A DNA stretch of 64,000 nt from Lingula anatina (GCA_051362555.1 CM120641.1:10974001-11038000); one strand, 5' to 3'. Positions 37,388-63,775 are shown, counted from the stretch's first letter. The notes: a model not told the origin generated them from the letters alone. Translations and numbers: made by a program.

Positions 37388-40300
37388 TTTATGTACAGAC
37401 ACAGATGTGTCTGTACATATTGCCATCACCTGCGTCTGTCGTCGCCGTCGCCGTCCCTGTCGCCGTCCCTGTCGCCGTCGATGTCGCCGTCGCCGTCGCC
37501 GTGCACTTTCATCGTTAACACCATAAGTGGAAGACAGTTTTACTTTTTGGCTTTATATTTACAGAGCTGATGAATATTCATAAAACGCAGGCCAAGTTTG
37601 AAAATCAGCATGTTTGGGCAATTATTGTAGTATATATGCTGTGTTTTCACTTTTTAGCATATATGCAACATGGTTAACACATTTCAAGGAAAACCGATAG
37701 GCCTGTTGTCATGAAACTCACAGGAGTAATTAATCTTACTAAAACGCAGATCAAGTTCGAAAATTGGCATGATCGGGCCACTATTTTAGTAGTTATGCTG
37801 TTTTTTTCACTTTTCAGCATATGTGCAACACTGTTAACACATTTCAAGGAAAACCGATAGACCTGTTGTCATGAAACTCACAGGAGTAATTAATCTTACT
37901 AAAATGCAGGTCAAGTTCGAAAATCAGCATAATCGGGCCATTATTTTATAAGTTATGCTGTTTTTTCACATTTCCTCAGATTCAATTCTTAGGCATGTTA
38001 ACAGTCTCATTATTTAACTAATAAGATTCGTAAAAGTGTTTGTTTGACATTTCCTGCATCTTTACAACATTGTTAGTTGATTATGTAAAAATGATGGTAA
38101 ACTTGTTATCATGTATTGTATAATAGTGTTTCAAAAATGGAAATAAACTCATATCATTGCAGTTTGTCAGATTCATTCATTCACTATGTTCAGAAACTCA
38201 GAATGGAGGAAATTGGACATTAAACACTGTTCTATTGATATTTTTCCCATCTCATCAATTTTCTTAGTTGATCATATATAAATGGCAGTAAATTGTTAAT
38301 TTTGTTATATGTTAAAAAATTTTTAAAAATGGAAAAAAACACATTTCAGGACAGTGCTGTCTTGTCTACATTTTGGCATTTTCAAGGTGTGACTTTGAAG
38401 TTCCTTTGGCCTGAAGACCTTTGCTAGGAACATTTTCTGAATATCCATGATACTAATATTTTATTATTAAAAATTGATGGTAATTATCCTGTTAAACATT
38501 ATGTAATAGTGCATCAAAATTTGAAGACACCCCCTATTTTGGACACTGCTCCCATGATGACCATTTAAGGAAAACCATGTCACTTACTGTTCTCTAACTT
38601 ACAGGAAGAAACATGGGACTTAAATAAAGCTTCAGTGGGCAATGCAGACTATTTGGTAAATTTTTTTGGCAGTTAATCAGTTTTTTGTGAAAATTTAATT
38701 TTTCACATATTGGCATTTTCAAGGTGTGACTTAGAACCTCCACGGGCTTGAAGACCCATGCTAGTCACATTTTCTGAAAATCCATGATACATATATTTTA
38801 TTATGTACAGACACAGATATGTACAGTATGTACATATTGCCATCACCTGCGCCTGTCGTCGCCTTCGTCGATCATGTCGCCGTCACTGTTGCCGTGCACT
38901 TTCAGCGTTAACACCATAAGTGGAAGACAGTTTTACTTTTTGGCTTTATATTTACAGAGCTGATGAGTATTCATAAAACGCAGGTAAAGTTCGAAAATAA
39001 GCATGATCGGGCCATTATTGCAGAAGTCATGCTTTTTTTTTCACTTTTCAGCATATATGCAACATCGTTAACACATTTCAATAAAAACTGATAGGCCTGT
39101 TGTCATGAAACTCATATGGGTAATCAATCTTAATAAAACGCAGGTCGAGTTCGAAAATCGGCATGATCGGGCCACTATTTTAGTAGTTATGCTGTTTTTT
39201 TTCACATTTCAGCATATGTGCTACACTGTTAACACATTTCAAGGAAAACCGATAGACCTGTTGTCATGAAACTCACAGGAGTAATCAATCTTACTAAAAC
39301 TTAGGTCAAGTTCGAAAATCAGCATAATCGGGCCATTATTTTATAAGTTATGCTGTTTTTTCACATTTCCTCAGATTCAATTCTTAGGCATGTTAACAGT
39401 CTCATTATTTAACTATTAAGATTCGTAAAAATGTTTGTTTGACATTTCCTGCATCTTTACAACATTGTTAGTTGATTATGTAAAAATGATGATAAACTTG
39501 TTATCATGTATTGTATAATAGTGTTTCAAAAATGGAAATAAACTCATATCATTGCAGTTTGTCAGATTCATTCATTCACTATGTTCAGAAACTCAGAATG
39601 GAGGAAATTGGACATTAAACACTGTTCTATTGATATTTTTCCCATCTCATCAATTTTCTTAGTTGATCATATATAAATGGCAGTAAATTGTTAATTTTGT
39701 TATATGTTAAAAAATTGTTAAAAATGGAAAAAAACACATTTCAGGACAGTGCTGTCTTGTCTACATTTTGGCATTTTCAAGGTGTGACTTTGAAGTTCCT
39801 TTGGCCTAAAGACCTTTGCTAGGAACATTTTCTGAATATCCATGATACTAATATTTTATTATTAAAAATTGATCATAATTATCCTGTTAAACATTATGTA
39901 ATAGTGCATCAAAATTTGAAGACACCCCTATTTTGGACACTGCTCCCATGATGACCATTTAAGGAAAACCATGTCACTTACTGTTCTCAAACTTACAGGA
40001 AGAAACATGGGACTTAAATAAAGCTTCAGTGGGCAATGCAGACTATTTGGTAAATTTTTTTGGCAGTTAATCAGTTTTTTGTGAAAATTTAATTTTTCAC
40101 ATATTGGCATTTTCAAGGTGTGACTTAGAACCTCCACGAGCTTGAAGACCCATGCTAATCACATTTTCTGAAAATCCACGATACGGATCTTTTATTATTA
40201 AAAACTGATGGTCATTATGCTGTTAAGCATTATGTAATATTGCATTAAAATAGAAGAAAACACAATTTTGGGTGCTGCTGCCATGATGACCATTATGGGA

Positions 40301-40998
40301 AAACCATGTTACTTATGATTGTCAAACTTTCAAAAAAGAAACAAAGGACTAAAATGCAGCCTGAGTTGGAAAAGCAGTCTAATTGGCTTCTTTTTCTGAA
40401 AGTTATACATTTTAGTGAAATATTCATTTTTATCATGTTGGCATATTCATTGTGGGACTCGAAGCTCCCATGGACATGAAGCCAAATGGTAATCAAATTT
40501 TCTACATGTCCATGCTATTTATAGTCAATAATCAAAAATTGGTGATAATTATTCTGTAATTTATTATGTAATGTTACATCAAAATTGACAAAAATCTTTT
40601 TGCACTGCTACTACAAACATTATGAAAAGAAAACTATGTTACTTATTATTATTTTCAACTTACAAGTATGATTTGTAGGATTGGCATGCAGTTCAAATTA
40701 GAAAGCCAGCTCAAATGGGTTATCATTTATTATTGAATTTAAGCAGTTTTATGTGAAATTTTCATTTTTCTCATTCTGGCATTTTCAAAGTGTGAACTTA
40801 AACTCCCATGGGCCTGAAGCCTTACGCATGTTACACATTTCACTTACATTGGTATTACCTGTTGAGCATAATTAAAATTTGATGTTGAATTTGCAGTTAA
40901 GCATAATGTACTTTTGCATCAGAATTGACAGTAGCCTGTTTTGTGCATTGTTATTGTCTGCTCTTTGTCTGTACATTTGACAGCTTTGCTGCCTTGTT
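37388..40998 (+). mobile_element. Helentron/HINE-like element, family B, with a duplicated 5' ~1.4 kb
   Basis: 5' palindromic subTIR TGTACAGACACAGATGTGTCTGTACA, a (GTCGCC)n tract, and internal repeats of ~160 bp and ~337 bp. A second 5' end starts at ~38800. There is a single 3' end: TGTCTGTACA, hairpin GACAGCTTTGCTGCC, then CTTGTT. Confidence 0.8.
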
Positions 40999-42323
40999 AT
41001 TAAATATTGACAGATATTATGATAGATAAACCATTCAATTTTTTATGTCAATTTCAGACACCGAGACTAAAAATTATAGTATTTTAAATGATTTACACCC
41101 ATTTTAAAAATGAATATATGTAAATATGTATGTTCACATAAACAGCATGTCTAGTCTGATTGAAGATTTTCAGTACCAGTTCCATATCTTGTTTTGAAAT
41201 TTAAATATTCAGTCAATTTGTAAAATCCATTCAAGCAATTTACTGGAGATTTGTAGGAAGTTAATGCACACATTTATAAAAAATATACTTACACTAGGAG
41301 CTCTCTGTAGACCACGTAATATCTAAGGGTTTTCATTTATTTTCTTCATTTTTGTTTATTTATTTATTTTCATCAGCATCATCATTTCATGTAAAAAGTC
41401 ATTTTCTCATGAAGTAGAATAAATATTTTTAAACATTACAGTTCTTTACTTTTAAATTTCCAAGTATCAGGTATTGTAGTCCATGGACCACAGAAGGGTG
41501 GGGGGAGGTGGAGTGTTTAGAATGCATAAAAAATTCACAGCTTCATGACTTGGAACATTAGTAAAATTCACCCGAATCTTCTAAAAATTGCACTCTAAGC
41601 TTTTATGTAATAATTTGAAATTGAATTCTCACAATTCTCAATTTCACTCTGCATGTGAATTGATAAATAAGGCAAATCAAGTTATGGGTTATTATTTATA
41701 ATATGTTTATAATCAGTGCGGGAAAGATAATTGTGATCATAAGCTGTTAAGATCGGCAAAAATAGCTAATGCCAGAAAGACCATAATAATGTTGAAGGTT
41801 GATTACTTCCAAAAGCAGTCATTGAGACTTAGGGCCCTTGTAAGAAGATAAAACTAAAGAGAGACCAAACCGTCATAATTAAAAAAAATGTAAACGCCAC
41901 AGAAAACATTTGACCTTTATTTCAATACTTGTTAAATGACAAATTGATAGTGAATCAAAGCTGTGCTTTATAGAAGAATATATATCCAGAAAACGGCATT
42001 GTTCCAAGTAATAATACTGGTAGATAATATCACGTTGGTATAATGATACCGTTTATCGAGTAGTATTGATCACATATGGACGACGCAAGTCGTCGGAGGT
42101 TTTCGTTACCTGATCAATATTGTGTGTATAAATGCAAACGTGTAAGGTCCAAATAATAACAAAAATACCATGTGTAAAATACAACAATATATAAATGTAT
42201 AGCGTAAAAACTTGAGGCAAGTCTGCGTGTTAAACAGTTATTGTTTTTGGGCAAGTCCAATGAATAAATAGGAATAAAAAGGGTGAATATTGTGGCAACT
42301 GCGCTTCACGTCGGGTTGGTTAT

Positions 42324-42760
42324 TTAGCAGTTGCTGTACATGCCAAACAGGATGCGATTTTTGCAGCAAGAGAAAACCCATGGATTGTAAGCTTTCTTTC
42401 CACAGCACATGTAATCTTGTCTTGTATACCAGAGGACACCTTGGCAACAAGTGTAGTAGTGCGGATGGAAGGCTCTGCTGCCGCAGCACGAATAATTGCG
42501 CCCATGGCGCACGATGCCGGCGCAGCAGGTCTGGTGTTCCTTGTAGTAGGGGCGATGTCCGCAACAGGTCATGTTGGCACCAACGTGGAGTTTTCCATAG
42601 CAACATGTATGGGTTTCTCTGCTGTAGATCATCTTGCCGCAGCAGCCTAGTACTCCGGCGCTGTACTTAAGGCCACCCTTGCAGCACACATACAGGTTGG
42701 GGTCGTAGTGACCACACCTCTTGTCGTACACCAGCTCCGTTGATAGCCAAAATTGATCGT
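42324..42760 (-). CDS. Galaxin-like dicysteine-repeat protein, terminal coding exon (upstream exons unresolved)
   Basis: Strong poly-T acceptor at 42761 opens an uninterrupted frame with ten CC pairs in YxPxxxxCCxG..CCG repeats (YDPNLYVCCKGG..GCCGKMIYSRETHTCCYG..TCCGHRPY..), the galaxin/usherin-type repeat. Confidence 0.82.
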
Positions 42761-42764
42761 CTAG

Positions 42765-42796
<32 letters not shown>

Positions 42797-43847
42797 AACA
42801 TTGCATCTCTATCGATAGAGACCTAAGTATCAATACAACAAAAAATCAACACTTATAGATCAAATTCATGTTGTCGTTTGAACACACCAAACTGAGTTGT
42901 CATGTAATGCAATCTTATGTAAACTTCGAGAGCTATTCAAAATGTGGTGACCCGTAGATCAATAGAGACTAATAATGAACCCTCTACAGATACCCCAGGG
43001 TGGCAAATCCCGGGATGAAATGGAGGTAGTGTTGTAAAATTAAACGAAAAGCAAACATTCTGCATGCTTCACATGGGGAGTCCATAACAGAGCGCAGATG
43101 CAAGGACCTACGGCTAAATGGTCTTTCAACGGCGCACAAATATTATTGTTTTCATTTCGAAATTAGCAGGCGTGATAAAGGGGGAACGTGCGTGTGAACT
43201 TCTGCCAAGAAAGAAAAGAAAAAAAAAGAAGTAAACCGAAGTGTTGTGAATATGCTTAGCCTTTTGATCAATCGTACCGGTATCATGTCTTTTCGAATTA
43301 TTTTCACGTTTTAAATTGTTATCCAAACAAGGAGCATTTATTAAAAATATAATTTCAATTAAAACAAGTGTTGAGATTGATCGGCATAGTATGGTCTAAG
43401 TATACTTTATTTAAAATATTTTCATATTGGTGAGAGGTGCCAATGAATTTTGTTTGGACCGAACGAAATGCAAACGCTGATTTAGGAAACGCATTTAGAG
43501 ACAATTTTTTTAATGAATGTGAACTGTTATGTACGAGGTATACTAGATTTTGACAAAAAAAAAATGAACAAAAGGTTTCCAAATAACGATAAAATTCACT
43601 TTTAACTGTTCCTTTTAGCGTCCTCAACAGTCTTTTGTTTCTTAAAACCACCAACCCATGTAGTTCTGAACTCCAAAGCACCCAATAAATCTGGGTTTCT
43701 AGTTTCACTTTTTTCTTCGCGCCGCTTAAGCTGTTAGATTGGTTACATGCATTCCATACATTTTCACCTCGAGTCGCAATGCAACTTTTGAATAAGGGTA
43801 TTGATTTCATTATTTTATTAAAGGAACGTAACTTTTGGAATAAAAGC

Positions 43848-43850
<3 letters not shown>

Positions 43851-43915
<65 letters not shown>

Positions 43916-43923
43916 CACACACA
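43851..43923. repeat. (TC)n(AC)n compound microsatellite
   Basis: Direct inspection. Confidence 0.95.
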
Positions 43924-46288
43924 GTATTTATGTATATTACAAGTACGGCGCCTTAGATAAGTATTTTGCGCAAAAATATCGCCACATTCATCTGTCATCG
44001 TACTCTAGATCATCCTGAATTGGCATGCTATGAAATTCTTTGCTGCCTTCGTTGATAGTCTTCTAAAATGTATTTTTTACGTTAATTTTCAGTGGCATTG
44101 ACTATGTCTAGAATGGATTTAAATTCTTTCCGCTAAACGAAACATGATAATTCGAGTGGAAGACAAGTTTCCGCAGTAGGTCTGATGTAGGTTACAAATT
44201 GCGCTGCTGCATGTACAACCTCTGGTTAGTGAAAAGCTTTCTTTAAAAGTACAATGTTTTATTATGTCACTGGAGACTTTGAACTACTTCGCCCAATTGT
44301 ACGTTATACGTAGACCTAGTGCACAGGTCCATATAATATTACCTAACCAGTTTCGGTCAACGATTTTGGCGGCGGCAAAATTTAGTTTTTTTCCTTTTGC
44401 GTGAAAAGTAAAATGCTGGTGACATATCAAGCAGAAAAAGTGTGCAATTCTATAAGAATGAGTTCCTGTTAGAGCTGATGTAAGCACACCTGAGACGCAA
44501 GGGAAATGACTTTTTAATTTCTTCAGAGAGATCACATCTGCTTCAAATTCAAGGGTTAAAAGAACAAGCCGCAGCGTCTGTTTGCAGAAGATAAAGTTTC
44601 TCTAACTACCTCAAAAATTGAATTGTGCAACTTGTGTCATAGTGAAGTGGTCCTTAACTATGGCGTTGGTCTAGGAGGGGTGTGCGAAATGCTTGCTTTC
44701 ATGTCTGCAGACGATTCAAAGGATCAGTTGTTGTTTTAACCTTACTCTCTATCATCACGGGTTACACAGAAATTTTTAGCTGTTCCACCTTCACATTTCT
44801 AAGATTAGAACTTTTAAACACTGGGCAATTATGCCAACACGACATCAAGTAAACTTGTAAGTTGTACAAGATTGAAACAATGATGTCTGGTAAACATTTT
44901 GCGCTAGAGGACGCTTTGTGATCTTGCTTTCTTTTCCCTTTTTTTCTTCCGGATACTAGATAAAATATGAAAAAGAGGGACAATCTAAGCTATAACAGAC
45001 GACACCAGACTGTACAAGAGTACCCAGCTATGCAGGAATTCGTGTTAAACAAAGATTCAAAACAGCTTCATTTTAAGGTGCATGATACGTCAAAACAACC
45101 AAAATTATCTAAGCCGTAGTAAGAGAGAAAGAGAGGGGTGTGAAAAGCGTAATGATGCACTGACCTATGTTAGGTTAGATCTTTATACGTAAAGCGGAAG
45201 GGGCGGTACCTAGCGATCGTTTACGTTTTTCTTTTTTCTTCCCTTTTTTTTTCTTAGCTTTCAAGATTTTGTAACAAAAAATTTTGTATGTATAATTATT
45301 TTTAGTTATTTCTATAAAAAAATTTGTGTCACAGAATCTAAGTTTGACTGCAACAAACACGTTACATAGCAGACGTGATTGACTGTAAACTGTTTATGGG
45401 AAAGTAAATTTTTGATGCTGTCAGTGTAACTAAAAACGGTACAGCTGTTTCTCTTAATTGGAAAATTAAGAACAAAACTAAATAAATTCACCTAACGCAG
45501 CAAAACCAAACGTAATTGGGCACATTCTTACTTTACCATTGTTTTTTTTTGTGTGTGTTTGAAAAAACGTCGATGTTTTATGATTTTTCATATAAAAGTC
45601 ATGCATAACGATGCTGTTGCTTGCCACAAAAGACGTTCAATCTTTCCTGACACAGTTTGGAGTTCGTATCCTGGTCGGTCTAGACACTGGCCAATTTACG
45701 TTTATACAGGGAGGGTTGGGGTCACAGGTCTATAGTCAGCTATTTCAAAGGGGTGGGGGGCTCTTTATGTAAATAAAATGGAGCTTTTTTGCCACATTGA
45801 CATATAAAATAGATCAATTGTTACACAGAGCATGCGTTTTCCCAGTCAAAAGGGTTGTTCACTCGACCCAGTCCCATTGCCTACGGGCTAAGAGGAGAGG
45901 GCTTTATAGTTCCATGAGGATGGTTTTCACGCAGAATGAGTATCACATATTTAATACATGTTAAGAGACGGTACAGGAGGCTCAAGTGTGCGATCTTCGT
46001 TTATGTATATTTCAGTGAGTTTCATTTTGAGTAAAATAAACTTTTTTCACATAAGGTAAAATAAAGGTTAAATCAATGTTATTCCATACAGTTTACTTGC
46101 ACGAATACGATTACAAGCAATGGCTTTCTTTAAGACGTAAAACGTACTTGCTTAACTGTTTCTTTCTTTTGCATACCCTCCTGCTCCAGCAGTTGGCTAA
46201 ATAAGTGTAAAATATAAAACTAAGTTGGCTAAATAAGTGTAAAAAATAAAACCTCTAAACACAAAACTTTTCTGCATCCAATTTATTC

Positions 46289-46292
<4 letters not shown>

Positions 46293-46354
<62 letters not shown>
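46293..46354. repeat. (TA)n microsatellite
   Basis: Direct inspection. Confidence 0.95.
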
Positions 46355-46356
<2 letters not shown>

Positions 46357-49300
46357 ATGTTTATCACTGCAAGTGGCAGGTATGCATGCCGTTATAAGAC
46401 GTTCCGATTGTTTTAATGTAAAGTTTTGCAAATTAATATTAGTCAAAAGCCAAACATAACGAACAACAATATTGGTGTGACTATTGTTGTTTTATGCTGC
46501 TTTTGTTCTAATCAATTTTACAGACATCAAATATGGTGTATGAAATTCCTTGCATGGTTTAGATTTTCTGTGCACTTACATTTTCCATCAGCGAGAGGAA
46601 ACGCGGTCAAAAGCACAAGCAGGAAGGAAACTTGAGGCAAAACGGCAGGCATTTTCTATTGAAGTTTGTGAGGTAACGCTGTAAAGAAAAGAAAAACGAT
46701 TCTATGGTAAATTTTTTAGGTAATTACAAGGGTTCAAAAATTAGTGAACCGCACTGACACTTTCTATTGTGACGTTTCTTCCGGGCGTCTCTTCTTGGTT
46801 TTCTTTCTCTCGCTCTCTTACTGAAAACACTATAGTGGTATTTAAATCGTGATTGTTACTGCACATGCGAGGCATTTTATCTCACAAAGACGTATTGGAC
46901 AATGTACATGTACATTAAATTCCAGTTTGGGAAATCGTTGATACAGGGATAATGAGACAAACACATATATCATTTAATAAGGAGAAAAACCCTACGATCT
47001 TGAAGGAAACAAACGATGTGCATAAATAAATTATAACTAAAAAGCACAATGGATAAGTTTAAAATATGAATTGCACGGGATTTTTTCTTGCATTTTTTCT
47101 ATTTTCATACGGTCTTTTTGTAACAGTTTGCTTTGATTTGGAGAAGGCCCTATCTAACACCATTTTTAGAGTTTGGAAATAGGATGCCAAAGCAGAATAA
47201 GATTTATAAAAGATAGCTTACAATACAAACTGCATATTAACCTAGTACTTAATTTTTGTTTGACTTTTAGGTGGAACAAAGGGCGAATTATAGAGACAAA
47301 GCAAAAAGAAGAGATCAACGTGACATGTGTTTAAATTACAATTGAAAACATATTCAGGCAGTTAGAGTTTTAGGGAATTAACACAACATGTCTGGTGCAA
47401 GTAATTGTTTCCTTTCTATTGAAGCCCACCTGGCATTGATTGCAACGCAGACGTAGCGGCAACGAAGGCTGGGGTCCCTGCGGTGTTAAAGTGGAATGAA
47501 GTTAGTAGACAGTGACACGGACTTATGTGAGCTTCCGAAACCTAAACGGTATTGGTGGGTTCCGGCGTATTTGTAGAAATTGGCTAGAAAAGAGAGAAAA
47601 CCCGTCTGTACGTGAATTTAGCTTCCACTTGACTCAGTCAGGGTAGTCATATATACTAATCTAGCAAACCGTTTTACTCTAATTATGTCTTCTTTTAGGG
47701 TTCGACTGTGTGGCATTAATATTGCAAACAATCAGCCCGACGCTTTTTTTTCTTTCTTATTGACCTAACTACCGTTCTCAAAACCAACTTGACCGGTAAA
47801 AATCGCTTAAAATATAAACACATACGAAACGCTTAAAATTTTCTGTTTGTTTATCAAAAGGTTAGTATTTCAGTCTTTTTCACGTTAAAGATGTAGCATT
47901 TTCTCTTTCTGTAAAAAAAGGCCTTTGTTTTCGACATCTCCCTTGGATCTATAGAGTCCATAGGGTGGGATGTAAACTTGTTTCGTGGTTTCTTAACGAA
48001 AATGACAACCATACGGAAGATGTGGTTTTTATGTAGGTCCCGCTGTTCCCACTACATAACGTGTAAACCATTGTCTGTACTTTAAGAAGTCTAAGAAAGC
48101 ATTGAAAAGCTTCGTTTGCCGAATTATTTCCCACACCTTTACTCAGGCGTCTTAAGAATGGCATGGGGACTTAAATGCATTAAAACATATGCTACTTTTG
48201 AAGGTCTTTCTTATTTGCTGTATATGGTAAAATAAAAGTTTTATCCTACCTAAGCAGTCCCACCGTTTTCGGTTCTCCTTTCCCGTTGTTCCTCTGGCGT
48301 GTCTATTCCGCTTACTTGCCGCTTTCAGCATATGAATTGCATCAGGTTGGGGAGTAGGGGGCAGAAGCGCGACCTTTCGCCTTTTCCCTTCATGGGGTTC
48401 CAAATGGTGGTTCTGTTACCAAAAATTTATGCGAAGGTGATAGACGCACCACATGTACAGATCTTGATAAGGCCAACAACTTAAAAATTATTTACTATAT
48501 AATAATAATAACGATGGATTTTCTTTGAAAGACATCTAATAGTAAGGTGAATTGTAAGAAAAATCTATGTTATTTCTTCCATATTGGCGACCACTATATG
48601 TCTCGCCGCAAGTCATTTATAGTTTGATTAGATTTTTGTGTGTAACATGATTTTGGGATTTCAAATGGATATTAGAATATTATCAGCAATGTCATTTTAG
48701 TTTTTATGAATCAACTTTCTGGAATTATCAAAAACCGTTTCTTTTGTAACCAGTTAAATTGGCGGCTACAGGGGCAGTTTCAGCATGCCCTTCATTCTTT
48801 TTTCTTGTCTGTGTGTCTGTGTGTATTGGGGGGGGGGATACATGTAGGAGCAGACATTCCAAGCTATTACAATGTAGTTGGGCCCAAATTATATTCCCTC
48901 CACAACCCTGGCCACCTTGTATCAACCATAGGGTTATGCTGTTGACATTACTCAATTTGAACTCATTCACAAATGTGAAAGGTAGTACGCCCCTGTATCC
49001 CCTTTTCAACAATGCATCTAATAGCTAGACGAAAATATTTGCGGAAAAAAAATAGAAACCAGCCTTGCACAATAACTAAATTCAAAGTCAATTATATCTT
49101 AAACGTTTTAAGAAATGTGGATTGGATTTGATGTGAACTCGCCGGTTTCATAGAACTTTAAACCGCCATTCAACAAGGACTCTTGGGCATGATTATAAGT
49201 AAATAAAATAGCCTGCATGTCTGACTTTTTGCTTTGCTAGACAGACGCGGGCAAAACTTATCTAAATTAAAATAATTAACAATAATCTTGTTGAGAATGT

Positions 49301-51369
49301 AACGGTACACCGAATGTAAACATAAAGTATAAATAGTGTCTCTCTATCATACCAAGGAAAGCTCGTATTTCCCCGTGATTGAGTTAGTATTGAAATAATA
49401 TGTAGGCATACTTCTACCTCAGCGTTACATAAATACCCACTTTTTGTATGATCTCAATACATAGAAGACCGAATAGACTATTCATAGTGATACTTCTCGT
49501 TAAAATTGCTCAGTCTCGTAAATCTAGATGCATCGTAGTAAATGTCAACTTACCAAATTAGTCATTTTATATAATTCATGATTACTTGTGATAAAAGAAG
49601 CAGTGTTGAATTTATCGTCGTGCTTTTCATAGGTTTGCGAAAGATTAGGCTTGTAAATAATGGCAGCTTTCTGCACAACTTGGTTCTAAACTTGTTCTGC
49701 ATTCACAGAGCGAAAATGTGTTTAGACGCAAGTTACCTGGGGTAAAAAAACACGTACCTAACCAGACATAGTATTAACTAAGTCAGGCATTATCAGGGAG
49801 TCACACGGACCTTTATCCAACAATATAATTTAATTTGAAAACCAGACATCTGATGGCATTTTTTTTCAGTTTTCAAACTTGGTGAATACTTCGTTTTCTA
49901 ATTTTCCCCTACATTCTCACCTAACACACTGCCAATTGACCCCAAGACTGTAAGGAGGGGGGGGGGGGGGGGGGGAGAGAGAAAGCCGACAGATATGTCT
50001 TAAAAATACTTATGGATGTTTAGTCGATCTCTTCTCCCAGTGAAGCAGAAGTTCCTTGCTTTTCTTTTAGCTTGCAGCCAAATGAGTACCAAAAACCTCC
50101 TGTTTGCATGAAATTGCAGGCCTTTAACAGCATGAACAACTGGCTCTTAAGCATTTTTTCTCAGTCTATGGCACTGGCAGTGAATATCGTTTTATTGTTG
50201 TGACAAGTGTACATGTATACCCCAGCCCCATTAGCCTATTTGTTACCATAAGATGGCATGTTTCTCAAGGGCATTAATTTATAATAAGATATTTAAAAAT
50301 AACAATGACATTGAAAATAAAAAACAGATTATCTAATGATTAAAGAAATATTAATATATAATTATATTCGTCCTCTCTTGATCTAGAAACAGCAGATTCG
50401 ATCTTCCACTTTTGCTCCTATATTTATCCCGGTTTATGCAGTTTTCAGATGTGTTTAATAAGTATTTATACTCCCTTTTTTGGGTTATGCCTCAACCTGG
50501 CTCATTCAGTTTTGACTGAATTTGATAAGTCATGGACACACTATCTTATCATATAATAGCAGAGTCAAATGCATTTTGATTTGGTTGAACTCAACTTTTA
50601 TATGACATTATATGGTATTCTGTTGGTCATTTTCAACGCAACAAAAGCATTGTTTATTAGATGAAAGGAACCAATTGTCCCCATCATTACTTCCAACATG
50701 TATTTCATTTAATTCAAATAAGTAGACACAAACTTATATTTAGACCCTCTGGATATGGTCTTTACTAATGCATTACCTCTACGTGCTTCTATCTTCACAA
50801 TGCACCATAGTTTTGCGTTACTCGCATATGTAGGCAAGATTTGTCTAAACAATCGAATTTGCTTCGGTATAAAAGCTATGCTTCGGCTGATGCTTTGTTG
50901 AAAGTGATAAAAGAACTATCTACTCAGTGTGTAGACCTCTGTGCAGCTGTGCCGTGGTGACCTGGACGTATAAAACGATTTATTTGACCAAGTCTGCTAG
51001 TACCAATAAGCAGCATGGCTTGGTCTTGCTAGTGTACAAAAATAAAAATTTGCCAATGAAACATATGAAAAACGATGCCAATTGAGAATTTGAAAGTAGG
51101 CCCCTACTTCTTAGGCAATAGAACCCCTTGTACAAAAATATAAAATAAAAAAATAAAAAAAAATCTGCAAATAAAATGTGAATAAAACAAAAAGACGGAA
51201 CAGAAATGTGTTTGAATATTTCAAACCCATATTCCGAAATGTTTTCATAATCCATCCCAACAATGTAGGGTACTGGTGTGGCTTCGCCAATTGCTTTAGA
51301 GAATTTTTGGAGTTTCTTTCTGAATAAAAACACTGCGCTGTCGCAACAGTCATGATTGTGTTTGGGTTG

Positions 51370-51470
51370 TGCCCATGACGTCATTCTTTTGCTGTAGACC
51401 AATCAGGTGCCCGTTTTGCACACGGCACGCTATCTTGGCGTGGAAGAAGAAAGCCGCCATCTTGGATTGA
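51370..51470 (+). promoter_or_regulatory. Putative MARK core promoter
   Basis: Full CRE TGACGTCA (~51376), CCAAT box (~51399) and YY1-type GCCGCCATCTTG (~51453) in a CpG-retaining segment ~350-450 bp upstream of the ATG. Confidence 0.65.
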
Positions 51471-51814
51471 GAGTTTTTGCAAATCTATGTACTTTACCGA
51501 TTATGTGGTCATAAAACCGGACAATCAGTTTTATTGTGGGTCAGATGGTGACACCTCATCACCAGATCTACCACTGTTGACCAGGAGTAGGGATCCAGGC
51601 GGTGTACTTTCTCGAAATCGGCCGCAGAGACCCTGGACGGTATCAGATGATTGGCTCTTACTCCCCGGAAGAACGACTTATGACAGTCAGAACGGGGTTT
51701 CTCTGCAGTATTATTCATTGTGACTTTATCATTTGAGAAGCTCCCTGTCAAAGCAGTTATCTGCCAAGTATTTACATTCAGCAATCCTGGAGAATTGTCT
51801 GAAATCTGCTGACC

Positions 51815-63775
<11,961 letters not shown>

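Noticed and set aside
42238-42670. Overlapping alternative-frame ORFs around the galaxin-like exon, including a Cys-rich plus-strand ORF
   Set aside because: By-products of the GC-rich repetitive coding exon. Only the minus frame ending at 42324 has the regular CC repeat and a splice acceptor.
43355-43810. 151-aa minus-strand ORF (and the 140-aa ORF at 50980-51402)
   Set aside because: Low-complexity AT-rich translations with no domain signal or splice support.
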